A DNA stretch of 53,301 bases from a virus (IMGVR_UViG_3300032297_000671:1-53301), one strand, 5' to 3'; positions 35,492 through 44,936 are shown, numbered from the stretch's first letter. Notes: generated by a model not told the origin, from the letters alone. Numbers and translations are program-made.

Positions 35492-35857
35492 ATGAATATT
35501 AACGACGTTTCAAAGAGAGATATACTAGATTTCGATCAGTTTAGAAAAATGGTTCATGACGACACGTACAAACCATTTGCTCCAGAAAATCAAGAGGATA
35601 GCTCAGATAAAACTGGATTGCATAAAATTAAGAGAGAACCTGCTTACGATTGGGTTGGCTACGCTGATGCTGTATTTAGTCCTGATAAAGCTGGAATTGA
35701 GGTTCCTGGATATAATGCTTCTGGAGACAGACAATATGTAAATGCTATAGGTGGACCTGGTATTAAACAAATAGGTGACGGAATTAGATCTATAATGGAT
35801 ACTAGTGAAAGTCACGTACAGGAATCACTTATCATTAAATATAAGGATTTTGAATAA
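35492..35857 (+). CDS. hypothetical protein (CTS-like motifs at both ends)
   Basis: ILDFDQF near the N-terminus and VQESLIIKYKDFE at the C-terminus. Confidence 0.6.
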   Translation: MNINDVSKRDILDFDQFRKMVHDDTYKPFAPENQEDSSDKTGLHKIKREPAYDWVGYADAVFSPDKAGIEVPGYNASGDRQYVNAIGGPGIKQIGDGIRSIMDTSESHVQESLIIKYKDFE

Positions 35858-35858
35858 T

Positions 35859-35993
35859 ATGGCAAAAGCTAGAAAAGAGGGTAAGCCAAAGAGAAATAGG
35901 ACAAACCTACTAAAGAATATAAAGAGGATGAGAAAGAATAACATCTTTCTATCTAGAATAAAAGAAGAAATGAAAAAGGAAGGACAAGTTTGA
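35859..35993 (+). CDS. small very basic protein (44 aa)
   Basis: The ATG lies just after the upstream TAA; sequence MAKARKEGKPKRNRTNLLKNIKRMRKNN... Confidence 0.55.
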   Translation: MAKARKEGKPKRNRTNLLKNIKRMRKNNIFLSRIKEEMKKEGQV

Positions 35994-36008
35994 AACTTGT
36001 CCTTTTTT
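35980..36008 (+). terminator. intrinsic terminator overlapping an ECF-like promoter
   Basis: AAGGACAAGT-TTGAA-ACTTGTCCTT-TTTT. Confidence 0.75.
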
Positions 36009-36022
36009 GTGCTGTAAGAATA
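35992..36022 (+). promoter_or_regulatory. putative ECF-like promoter GAAAC-N17-GTAAGAATA
   Basis: Both boxes and the spacer length are identical to the promoter at 5700. Confidence 0.72.
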
Positions 36023-36036
36023 GTAAACGCCTTAGT

Positions 36037-36705
36037 ATGAAGATAAGACTTGTCCACATTTTAACTGAGCCTGATACGGAGAGAGAATTAAAATCAATTG
36101 CTTCATTATCTCCCTTGGGTGATATGGGGATAGAGTATATTCAGCAGGTCAACCAAAGGTATGTTGGTGACGATTGGAAAATTATACCTGCAGCAACACA
36201 GAGTGAGTACACGAACCACGGTCCAGGTCATTATGGTGCTTTTAATTCTTTTAAGAAAGCAATGGTTGATAATTTTGATGAAGATCTTGACGCTCTTGTT
36301 TTATGTGAGTGTGATTGTATATTAACTGTCGAGCCGGATATCTTCTTAGATAAGCTTGTTGATGGGATTAATTTCTGTAACTCTAAAGAAATTTCTTATC
36401 TTTCTCTCGGATCTAGATTTGTTAATGGTCATTTACAATCTCCTATATTAGATTCATACTCAGATTTTCCAGACTATTATAAAACTAATAAGATAATTTT
36501 AGCTCATTGTGTAGTCTTACCATCTAGTTCTAGAGAATCAATACTCGGAGCTTTAGAAAATGTGCCATGGGATAGCCCTGATATATGGTTCAATGAAGCC
36601 TTATGGAGAATGGGTAAGAGTAATTTTGGTATAATAAGGGATAGGCTCGCTAGACAACACGAGGGGGTTTCACTTATAGATAACGTTTGGAAGGAATCTC
36701 AGTAG
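36037..36705 (+). CDS. putative GT25-like glycosyltransferase
   Basis: GHYGAFNSFKKA...LVLCECDC resembles GT25 (G..GC..SH...W....LILEDD) with substitutions. The start is placed at MKIRL, downstream of the promoter. Confidence 0.45.
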   Translation: MKIRLVHILTEPDTERELKSIASLSPLGDMGIEYIQQVNQRYVGDDWKIIPAATQSEYTNHGPGHYGAFNSFKKAMVDNFDEDLDALVLCECDCILTVEPDIFLDKLVDGINFCNSKEISYLSLGSRFVNGHLQSPILDSYSDFPDYYKTNKIILAHCVVLPSSSRESILGALENVPWDSPDIWFNEALWRMGKSNFGIIRDRLARQHEGVSLIDNVWKESQ

Positions 36706-37431
36706 CTATTCATTTTCAGTAGCACCTTGACTCATCTCTCTCATAAACAATTCTTTCGCTATCTTGGTTATGACTGAATTATTGTTGAAATCCTCCGATA
36801 TTTCCATTACTGTTACCCTAGGCTGAGTTTTATTATCAATTTTAAGGTAATCTATGACTTCGTGGATAATAAACTCGTACGACAAAGAAAAATAGCAATT
36901 TAGCATCGGAACCTGCTTCATAATTATGCTTTTCTCTCCGACATTCGTTTTACCAGATTGCCACCAATATGGTATTATTTCATCAGTTGCCATATTTCTT
37001 AATATCAATATACCATAATCATTACTTCTAGAGTATTCACTTGTTACTTCGAAGGTTCTTATCCTATTTTCGATATTTTTCCATAGATCCATTCCAAGAT
37101 CGGCATATTTATATAGTATATCTAGAGATGAATCCAGTATGGACAATGCCTCGTTCGATTCGTCTTCAGATAGATTACATTCTTTTATTATATCTAGCAA
37201 CTCTCTTGTCGATTGTGTTAGATATTTAGATGGGATAATATCTTTTTCCTCTAGAAGACATTTTACGTGGGATAGCTCTTTAATCATTGAAAATATTTTT
37301 TTAACCGGATAGTAAATATTTTCTTTCTCAATTTCTTTATTAACACTTTTTAAAAAGTCCAATAGGATATACTGCTTATGCTCCAGGTCTATTGGATGCT
37401 GTATAAACCATGTTTTCTTGAGATTTTTCAT
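36706..37431 (-). CDS. hypothetical protein (only credible minus-strand gene)
   Basis: It fills the gap between + strand genes. The likely start MKNLKKTWF has an A-rich leader and an AATATATA element (37456-37463, minus strand). Confidence 0.75.
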   Translation of the reverse strand: MKNLKKTWFIQHPIDLEHKQYILLDFLKSVNKEIEKENIYYPVKKIFSMIKELSHVKCLLEEKDIIPSKYLTQSTRELLDIIKECNLSEDESNEALSILDSSLDILYKYADLGMDLWKNIENRIRTFEVTSEYSRSNDYGILILRNMATDEIIPYWWQSGKTNVGEKSIIMKQVPMLNCYFSLSYEFIIHEVIDYLKIDNKTQPRVTVMEISEDFNNNSVITKIAKELFMREMSQGATENE

Positions 37432-37513
37432 GGTGTTGAATTTTTTTATATGTCTTATATATTGAACTAATATTTTTTCATTCGAGACTAAAAAAGAAGC
37501 TGATCTTAGTTTT

Positions 37514-37521
37514 GATATATA
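37514..37521 (+). promoter_or_regulatory. putative late promoter GATATATA (divergent from the minus-strand element)
   Basis: 26 nt before ATG 37548. Confidence 0.68.
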
Positions 37522-37547
37522 ATACATAAAAATAGTGTACAAGAAAA

Positions 37548-37985
37548 ATGCCAAGAATATCCGATTATTCTAGTTTCAATTCACAAAAATCAAAGAAGAT
37601 CTCTAGCGAGCATATATTTACTCAGAATTTAGATTTTCTTGACATAGAATTAGTAAATAGACCCCCTGAATTAGCAGACGTTGACTCTGCTGAATGTGAA
37701 ATAGAATATGAGGTTGGAATAGACAGAGTTAAATCAGGTATCGTTGATTTGGCTTTTTCTGTTTCTAATATAGAAATTGATCTTGGTGTAGATGACTACC
37801 CAAATGAACAGAAGGATTTCGAATTTGATATAGTCCCTGGTGAGAATATAGACCACACCTCGGTTTTTTGTAGAAAGATGGAAAGATTAATTCCTTGTGC
37901 ACCTTCTAAGATTAGGATCGATATGAAAAAATCGATGAATACTCAGGATTTTAAAATTGAAGTATTTTTTGGAGATGGCGAATAA
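37548..37985 (+). CDS. acidic hypothetical protein, putative head-internal
   Basis: CTS-like N-terminus RISDYSSF. Confidence 0.6.
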   Translation: MPRISDYSSFNSQKSKKISSEHIFTQNLDFLDIELVNRPPELADVDSAECEIEYEVGIDRVKSGIVDLAFSVSNIEIDLGVDDYPNEQKDFEFDIVPGENIDHTSVFCRKMERLIPCAPSKIRIDMKKSMNTQDFKIEVFFGDGE

Positions 37986-38889
37986 TAGGGCTTTAAATTT
38001 TTCTTCTTTTAATAAAATAAATGAATCTAGCACATTCTCTAAAAAAAATCTGGGTATTTTAGGACCCTTTGAGGATGGTGAAATGAAAATCAGGATAAAT
38101 CCTGATAATGGGTTTTCCGTTAAGGATTCAGTGGATAACATTACTCTATCCTTCGGAGATCATTCTATTGATATTCCTTCAAGATGCTGCAAGATTGATG
38201 ACGATAGAATTATTCTTAAAACCAAGATGAATTGGTTTGATGATAATGAGAATATGGAGAATTTATATTCTATGGTAGAGGATTACATTTCACAGAAAAA
38301 TGATTATTCTGTTTCAGATGACGATAAAATCATGGACGACGTTGCTATGCTATGTGATATACTTGGCATTGATGTTATAGATCCTAGTATTAGTAAAACC
38401 TCTAAGAATGATTACGAGTGCTCGATAGGAAATGATCGTGAGGTTGAAATATCTAAATCTGACTCTAATGATTTATTTAAAAATTTTAGAATGTATAAGA
38501 ATCAGGAGTCTATACATCCGGATCTTCATATAAAGAAAAAATCTGGTGATTTTTCTTGCAAATATCGAACAGATAAGGGGGTTTTCGATACATCACACGA
38601 TAATTTTAAAGATATACTTAGAAGTCCTATAGATGCTTATCTTATAAACGTTTGCTTAGAAAAAGATGACAACAAGGATAGTGAAAGGGTACTTGTTGAT
38701 CATTTAATGAAGATCCTTAAGTATCACGATTGGAAATTGCCAGAATCAGAAACATCCTCACCTGAAAAACACAAGAAGGAATCTGCTGAGATCAAAAAGA
38801 TAATGAATATTCTTTCTAATACTATCCCAGAAGAACACATTGAAGAGATGTATACTGATGCAAGACAGAGATTTCTGAAGACGCAGTAA
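37975..38889 (+). CDS. hypothetical protein, putative head-internal
   Basis: Start MANNRALNFSSFNKINES is CTS-like and includes an INE site. Confidence 0.6.
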   Translation: MANNRALNFSSFNKINESSTFSKKNLGILGPFEDGEMKIRINPDNGFSVKDSVDNITLSFGDHSIDIPSRCCKIDDDRIILKTKMNWFDDNENMENLYSMVEDYISQKNDYSVSDDDKIMDDVAMLCDILGIDVIDPSISKTSKNDYECSIGNDREVEISKSDSNDLFKNFRMYKNQESIHPDLHIKKKSGDFSCKYRTDKGVFDTSHDNFKDILRSPIDAYLINVCLEKDDNKDSERVLVDHLMKILKYHDWKLPESETSSPEKHKKESAEIKKIMNILSNTIPEEHIEEMYTDARQRFLKTQ

Positions 38890-38895
38890 TTTTTT

Positions 38896-38926
38896 GGAAC
38901 ATAAACCCATATTTTCAGTATAAATA
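38896..38926 (+). promoter_or_regulatory. putative ECF-like promoter GGAAC-N17-GTATAAATA
   Basis: Conserved spacing; overlapped by the inverted repeat CAGTATA/TATACTG. Confidence 0.5.
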
Positions 38927-38995
38927 AAAAATATACTGGATGTTATTCTCAATACCGCTCATATATGCTTTTTTTATCGCTTAAGTGTATGACTT

Positions 38996-39646
38996 ATGGA
39001 ATGGCTGAAAAAGATTTTTTCAAAGAAGAAAAAAATGGACTTTAAAGATAAAACACTGCCTGAGCTTCAGGAAGAACTCTCACAATTTGACTTTACTTGG
39101 ATTAAAGGCGATCAGATGGGAAATATTGAAAGATATGACGATGTCGTATCTGACGAAACCACAGGCATGACATTCGTTTGCTTTAAAAGTGGAGGAAGAA
39201 TTAACATAGAACTACTTAGTGAATATCTAGATCCATTCCCAGCTACTAAAGTAAACTATGGAAATGTTACAGAATCTGCTCCAATCCAAGCCCCTCAACT
39301 AGATCGAATCCATCAAGATTCCCCGCAGAAGTCTCAGCGATCAGGAAGCAATCAGGTTTCTTCTGTTGAGGTTGAGGATTCCCCGATATATACATTGCTT
39401 AAAAAACAGAAGACAAATTGGGTTAATGTAAACATAAGCCTGAAGTTGAATCTACCTTCTAAGAGTCTTTATGGTATCCTAATAAATTCTTTTGATGAAG
39501 CAGAAAGCGAAATTATAGACTATGTAACAGAGGGTATTGACATAGAAGATATTAGAAACGCTCTTGGAGATTCTATTTCTGCTTATTATGATAAGAAAAA
39601 GTCCTCCAGTGTAGTAAGTGAAAAAAACAATTCCGAAGATGAATAA
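38996..39646 (+). CDS. hypothetical protein
   Basis: 216-aa ORF with an amphipathic N-terminus MEWLKKIFSKKKK. An alternative start is MDFKDK. Confidence 0.7.
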   Translation: MEWLKKIFSKKKKMDFKDKTLPELQEELSQFDFTWIKGDQMGNIERYDDVVSDETTGMTFVCFKSGGRINIELLSEYLDPFPATKVNYGNVTESAPIQAPQLDRIHQDSPQKSQRSGSNQVSSVEVEDSPIYTLLKKQKTNWVNVNISLKLNLPSKSLYGILINSFDEAESEIIDYVTEGIDIEDIRNALGDSISAYYDKKKSSSVVSEKNNSEDE

Positions 39647-40214
39647 TAAAATTCTTTATGAAACCGATAAGATCAATTTGATCGAAAGAGATGGTGTTAT
39701 TGGGGTATTACCTCTTTTCATGAATGTCGTAATAATGCCCTTTGTATCAGATGAACAAGGTTTGCCATTATCAATCGGTGTACTTATGGAGCCAAATCCA
39801 TTTAGAGAAGGTGGTCAAAGCATGACTTTGATTACTGGGACTAGTGAAGATGAAGATCCAGATCTACTTTCTACTGCTAAAAGAGAACTTAAGGAAGAGA
39901 GCGGATTTGATGCTCAGGAGAATAACAGATGGTATTATTTAGGGTCTGTTACATCATCTAAATTCGTAGATCACGAGCAACCTTGCTTTGCTGTCGACGT
40001 AACTGGATTACAAAAAGGTGAGGCAGAGACTGACGGTACGGATAAAGAAAAAAATATGGAATTCAAATTCATCCCTGCTAATGATGTTGTAAAAGCAAAG
40101 GACATTTTCATTCCAGGGCTTTTCCTTAAATTATTTAAATATGTACTTGGTATCGAAATCCAAGGAACAGAGAAAGGAAAGGAACAAAATAAAGGTTACA
40201 ATTTTTCAATCTAA
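39639..40214 (+). CDS. NUDIX hydrolase
   Basis: Nudix box GTSEDEDPDLLSTAKRELKEESGF. Confidence 0.85.
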   Translation: MNNKILYETDKINLIERDGVIGVLPLFMNVVIMPFVSDEQGLPLSIGVLMEPNPFREGGQSMTLITGTSEDEDPDLLSTAKRELKEESGFDAQENNRWYYLGSVTSSKFVDHEQPCFAVDVTGLQKGEAETDGTDKEKNMEFKFIPANDVVKAKDIFIPGLFLKLFKYVLGIEIQGTEKGKEQNKGYNFSI

Positions 40215-40219
40215 ATAAG

Positions 40220-40543
40220 ATGAGTTTATCAAGAAGACAAAGAAGAGATATTGCCAAGCGTTTGGGATACCTAGGAAAATCATCAAGTTTGGATGATATG
40301 AGGGATCGTTTTAAAAGATCTAACGAGATGGGAAAACACTTCCATTTAATGCATCTAGAAAACGTAAAGAATTCTCAAATTGAAGCGGAGAGATCTAAGG
40401 AGCTAGAAAGAGAAGATGCACTAATATCTTCTTTACAAGCAAGTAATCCTGAATTTAGCAGTTCCGATTCTTTTAATTTCTTAAAAGTTGAAGATTCTCT
40501 ACCAGAATCATCGGATCAAATGGAAGAAAATCTGGATGGATAA
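40220..40543 (+). CDS. hypothetical protein (basic N-terminus, acidic C-terminus)
   Basis: Begins MSLSRRQRR and is coupled to its neighbours. Confidence 0.65.
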   Translation: MSLSRRQRRDIAKRLGYLGKSSSLDDMRDRFKRSNEMGKHFHLMHLENVKNSQIEAERSKELEREDALISSLQASNPEFSSSDSFNFLKVEDSLPESSDQMEENLDG

Positions 40544-40871
40544 AGAGATAAGCCAAGTAAGATTTATTTTAACTAAATGCTCTTTAAAAGAAGCTAAGAG
40601 GAAGTATTGTAGTGATACCTCTTTCTTTGTCGTTGACATCGGAAAAATAATAAGAGATCTTGGATATGACATCCAGGCTCTAACCAAAGAATCTGAATTT
40701 GTAATTAATTACGCCGTTCAGAAGAAAATAACGCAGGGAATATATAGTACAAGAAGTCAAGATATCCTAGTGGTGTATAAGAACATATCAAACAATTTCG
40801 TAGAAAATCTAGAGCATTTTCTAAATTATGAGATTGACGAGACTGTTACTTACACCATAGAGCTTGTCTAA
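40536..40871 (+). CDS. hypothetical protein
   Basis: The ATG at 40536 overlaps the end of the upstream gene. Confidence 0.6.
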   Translation: MDKEISQVRFILTKCSLKEAKRKYCSDTSFFVVDIGKIIRDLGYDIQALTKESEFVINYAVQKKITQGIYSTRSQDILVVYKNISNNFVENLEHFLNYEIDETVTYTIELV

Positions 40872-40888
40872 AAAAGTACTTGTATTAA

Positions 40889-42820
40889 ATGCCATCATCA
40901 TTTATCCCATCTGGACTCCCGACTCCTGGAACATCAGTTTCACAAATTCTAAGTAGCAGGAATAGGATAAGTTCGAATCTAATTTACGGATCTAACACTG
41001 CATTACTAAATCAATCATCTGCTGATCTAACCGGTAGGACCTCTAACCTTGGTAGCTCTAATCCTCTTAAAGGACCAACTGCTAGAACTCTATTTTATAA
41101 TGGTGGTTTCTATTCAGGAGAGGACGCTAAATATGGCCAATTCCTCTTCTATTCTTTTGGTAGTCAATCAAATGATTTTGTACAGGAATACTATAGATCC
41201 GAAAATGCGGCTTACAACTCTAGCGTATCTTCAGTAAATCCTATAAGTGGTGCTTCAAAAAATCCATCTGCTGGATCCTTGGTTAAGGAAACTGCTGCTG
41301 CTATCGAAAAAGCTGGGGCAAATCCTAGACAACAGCTGCCTGGATCTAATAGCGATGCACAATCTACTGGAGGATTTATTATAGGCGGTCTTTCAGCCCC
41401 TTATTTCTGGAAGGACTTCCTTTATTGCAAGTACTATGGATCGATTCCAAACAACTATATGATAACTCTTAGGAGATTTCCTGCTCCGATGAGGGACAAT
41501 CTAAGCTTACCTGACCAACTTGTACAAACCACCCTTTATAAGCAGCAGGGTGCAGGTAGACCTGTCGCACAAGCTGTTACCTGGTGGGGAGGAGGAACCG
41601 GAAACACCTTAAATGATGTTATTGGTTTTACTACAGGGTTAAAATGGACTCCAAGAACCCAAGAAGAACTTAAGGAGCAAGAAGGATTTGACCAAGGATT
41701 CTTCAAATCTGTATTAGGAAGAGCTTTTGCTGGCGCTGGCTCTCAAGCTGGTGCCGCTGATATAATATCTAAGCTTGGGGATGGTGCTAATATTGCTCTA
41801 TCTGCTACACAGGGTGCTAATGATGAAGTGACAATACCTAAGATAAATTACGCACTTAGAGATAAAATGACCCAACCAGGAGGTCCTTTATCTGATTTTA
41901 TATTTAATTCAGTTGATACTGTTGATGGTGTTCAGGTAAGAGAAAGAGGTTTGACGTTTAACCAAAATGCTGAAATCTCGATAAATTTCCATTATGAGCT
42001 AACTTCAGTAGGTGAGGTTAACACTAAAGCAGCTATGTTTGATATCATCGGAAATCTGCTTGCTATTGGTACCAACTATGGTCAGTTTTTAACGCCGGAG
42101 ATAAGATACAATAATAAATTCCCGGTAATTGGATTTCCTGGAGGTGATCCTGGATTACTTTCTTTTTATAGTGATCCTATAGCATGGACAAAAACCGCTA
42201 TAAAATATTTGGCTGATCCTGATGCAACAACAATGAATAATCCTGATGCTCAAAGATTCAAAGAATCTGCTGATCAAGTTGATCAAAGTGTTGCACAATT
42301 ACAAAGTGTAATCAAGCAGATGGCCTCTACAGATCTTAAATCCCTAGCTGCTGAGATTGACAAAGATTCAGCTATAGGAAATATAATAGCATTTTCATTA
42401 GCTGATGATTTCATATCGGAGATAAAGGTTCCTCTTGGTCTTCAAACAGGTGCACCTACAGGAGAATGGCATCTTGTTGTTGGTAACCCGATGAACCCTA
42501 TAGCTATGATAGGAAACCTAGTATGTACTGGATTGACTATAGAATTTGGAGAAGTATTAGGTCCGGATGATTTCCCTACTGAGATTAATGCAACATTTAC
42601 ATTAAAACACGGTAGGGATAGGGAAAGAGGAGAAATTGAGAGTATGTTCAATCGAGGTGATGGAAGATTATATCAAAGTTCTGTTCCGACATATGCTAAT
42701 GGACAGTCTATTTACAATCAAGGAACTGTTAACGGCGATATAATAACTACAAATCCTACTGATCCAACTAATGTAAATCCTAGAGAAAATTTATCTTTTA
42801 ATAGAACACAGCAACAATAA
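40889..42820 (+). CDS. putative baseplate/tail-tube initiator protein
   Basis: The C-terminal GNL.C....IEF....GPDDFPTEI...FTLKHG resembles tube-initiator folds; it is the first gene of the baseplate cluster. Confidence 0.45.
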   Translation: MPSSFIPSGLPTPGTSVSQILSSRNRISSNLIYGSNTALLNQSSADLTGRTSNLGSSNPLKGPTARTLFYNGGFYSGEDAKYGQFLFYSFGSQSNDFVQEYYRSENAAYNSSVSSVNPISGASKNPSAGSLVKETAAAIEKAGANPRQQLPGSNSDAQSTGGFIIGGLSAPYFWKDFLYCKYYGSIPNNYMITLRRFPAPMRDNLSLPDQLVQTTLYKQQGAGRPVAQAVTWWGGGTGNTLNDVIGFTTGLKWTPRTQEELKEQEGFDQGFFKSVLGRAFAGAGSQAGAADIISKLGDGANIALSATQGANDEVTIPKINYALRDKMTQPGGPLSDFIFNSVDTVDGVQVRERGLTFNQNAEISINFHYELTSVGEVNTKAAMFDIIGNLLAIGTNYGQFLTPEIRYNNKFPVIGFPGGDPGLLSFYSDPIAWTKTAIKYLADPDATTMNNPDAQRFKESADQVDQSVAQLQSVIKQMASTDLKSLAAEIDKDSAIGNIIAFSLADDFISEIKVPLGLQTGAPTGEWHLVVGNPMNPIAMIGNLVCTGLTIEFGEVLGPDDFPTEINATFTLKHGRDRERGEIESMFNRGDGRLYQSSVPTYANGQSIYNQGTVNGDIITTNPTDPTNVNPRENLSFNRTQQQ

Positions 42821-42833
42821 TTAAAACAGGGTT

Positions 42834-43400
42834 ATGCTTAATATAGACACGTTATCTAAAAATAAGGATATTTTCAATCCAAATTCTGTTGACCAGGAAA
42901 ATAACTATGGTATATGGGATCTCACTAGATCCAGTATGACTTTTAAAAACATAGATCTTTCATACAAGAGATATATGGTGGTCACACAGGATTTCCAGAT
43001 GAGACCAGATCAACTTGCATTTCAGGCATATTCTTCTGAGGAGTATGTTGGATCTTTAATGAAAATAAACGGAATATCAAATCCCTTTGCTTTGGAGGAG
43101 GGTGATGTTGTCGTTGCACCAACTAAGGAGAGCATAGATGCTTCGTTTAATGCTAGGGAAGCAACAATTAAAAGTAACGAGGGTGGAAATAATCCAAACC
43201 AGAAATTTAGGGATTCCCAAGAGCAGAAGAAATTTAAGATGTCTGATTCTAGGCAGAAGTTTCTTGAGCAAAGAAATAGAGCTAAAAATGCTCCGAGTCA
43301 AGTTTTACCTCCTAATGTGATGCAGGAGGGAGAACGTCAAACAGTTAGAACAAATAGTGTTATTGGATTAGCTCCAGATGTAAGTAACAGAAATTCTTAA
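42834..43400 (+). CDS. baseplate wedge protein, gp53/LysM-like
   Basis: RPDQLAFQAYS......LMKINGISNPFALEEGDVVVAP pattern. Confidence 0.7.
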   Translation: MLNIDTLSKNKDIFNPNSVDQENNYGIWDLTRSSMTFKNIDLSYKRYMVVTQDFQMRPDQLAFQAYSSEEYVGSLMKINGISNPFALEEGDVVVAPTKESIDASFNAREATIKSNEGGNNPNQKFRDSQEQKKFKMSDSRQKFLEQRNRAKNAPSQVLPPNVMQEGERQTVRTNSVIGLAPDVSNRNS

Positions 43401-43404
43401 TTAT

Positions 43405-44913
43405 ATGGCATCTCCAGAGATCATAATAAATAACATAGCTAGAACATCGATTAAATTGGATGAGCTTGTTGTTCCGAATAGGACAGGAAATACTGATCCT
43501 AATAGTACGTCAGATGCTTTAGCACAGGACACCGACGATAAATCGTTTGGAGCTTATAGACCAGTTGTTTTTATTAATGGATATTACGTAGAAAAATTCC
43601 TAGACTACTTTGAAATGGATATGAATGGATTTCTACCTGTTCTAAGATTTCAATTTAGAATGGGTGATCCTCTTTTCATATCTGTGAATTATCCTAAGGA
43701 TGGTGATATAGTTTCTCTTTATATAAGATCCTGGATTGATGTTTATAAACCAATCAGAATGGATTTTAATATACTATCGGTTAGATCTACACAATCAAGT
43801 GGACCTGAAGGTGAAGCTATGGTATTCAATATACTGGCTGAGACTAGGATACCTGGATTATATAGTGAAGTATCTAAAGCTTTTCCTAACAAAACCTCTT
43901 ACGACACACTTTTTGACGTCTCTCAGGATCTGGATCTTGGTTTTTCTGCTAATGAGACTGATATGGACGATCTCATGACGTGGATCTGTCCAAATCTATC
44001 TTACTATGATTTCATTAAGGAGGTAGTTAGTAGATCTTATAAGGACGACAGAAGTTTCTTTAGAGTATGGGTTGATCCATATTATAATCTGACGTTTGTT
44101 AATTTAGAAAATCAGCTTTCCGCTACCGATTATATACAGAATGTAAAAGTCATCAGGGGTCTTGGTACACGTAGTGCAGACGATACAGCATTTGTTGGTA
44201 CCGATCTCCCTTTACAGGAAATGCCTTTAGCTCTAACCAACCAGAAGGGATCGGGGGATTTGTCAACCTTTATCCAGAATTATACCCTCGTTTCTTCTGC
44301 AGGTAATATCACAAACTACAGAGGTTACGTACAGGAAGTTCAATTCTATGATGAGGGATTAGTAACAGATAACCCAATTGAAAAGTATATACATTATACG
44401 ATAGAGTCAGTAACTGCAGAAAATGTTGGAACTAATGAGATCCTACAAAAAGGTAGAGCCGTTGAGAATGAATATAAAATAGAGGTTAGAAAAAATTGGT
44501 ACGGTGTACTAAACAACTTCGAATCAGGGGGTGTCCATGAAAATTTTATACAGGCTTTAATACAGAATGAATTTAACTCTGACGATCTCTCCAAATTCAC
44601 ATTAAGAGTTGAAACAGCTGGTTATTTTGGGGGAATATACAAGGGACAAGCAATACCTGTTGCTATTTATGTAAATAGTCAGGGTAAAAGAAAAGAGAAT
44701 GTCGGTGCTAATGACGACCAGAGAGCTCAAGAAAGCATAAATCCTGTAATGGATATGTTCCTATCTGGTATATACATTCTCACAGGGGTAACTATTAAAT
44801 ATGATCCGTTGGGTGGTATAACACAAGTGCTTAATTTAAGCAAAAGAGAATGGACCCTCAATAGTGCAGGAGAATTCCCTAAGTTTTTCCCTGTTAATTT
44901 TAACGTCAGATAA
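43405..44913 (+). CDS. putative baseplate hub protein (gp27-like)
   Basis: Position between the LysM-like and spike genes, ~500-aa size, and a C-terminal LSGIYILTGV.......TQVLNL.KR typical of hub proteins. Confidence 0.55.
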   Translation: MASPEIIINNIARTSIKLDELVVPNRTGNTDPNSTSDALAQDTDDKSFGAYRPVVFINGYYVEKFLDYFEMDMNGFLPVLRFQFRMGDPLFISVNYPKDGDIVSLYIRSWIDVYKPIRMDFNILSVRSTQSSGPEGEAMVFNILAETRIPGLYSEVSKAFPNKTSYDTLFDVSQDLDLGFSANETDMDDLMTWICPNLSYYDFIKEVVSRSYKDDRSFFRVWVDPYYNLTFVNLENQLSATDYIQNVKVIRGLGTRSADDTAFVGTDLPLQEMPLALTNQKGSGDLSTFIQNYTLVSSAGNITNYRGYVQEVQFYDEGLVTDNPIEKYIHYTIESVTAENVGTNEILQKGRAVENEYKIEVRKNWYGVLNNFESGGVHENFIQALIQNEFNSDDLSKFTLRVETAGYFGGIYKGQAIPVAIYVNSQGKRKENVGANDDQRAQESINPVMDMFLSGIYILTGVTIKYDPLGGITQVLNLSKREWTLNSAGEFPKFFPVNFNVR

Positions 44914-44920
44914 ATATATA
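44909..44920 (+). promoter_or_regulatory. putative late promoter (overlapping GATAAATA/AATATATA)
   Basis: Upstream of ATG 44937. Confidence 0.55.
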
Positions 44921-44936
44921 AATATTTTTTAGACCG

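Noticed and set aside
38940-38984. 14-codon ORF MLFSIPLIYAFFIA as a leader peptide
   Set aside because: It is too short to support, and no attenuator structure is evident.
39385-39392. GATATATA inside 38996..39646
   Set aside because: It is about 250 nt from the next start with no nearby leader or ATG, so it may be a chance occurrence.
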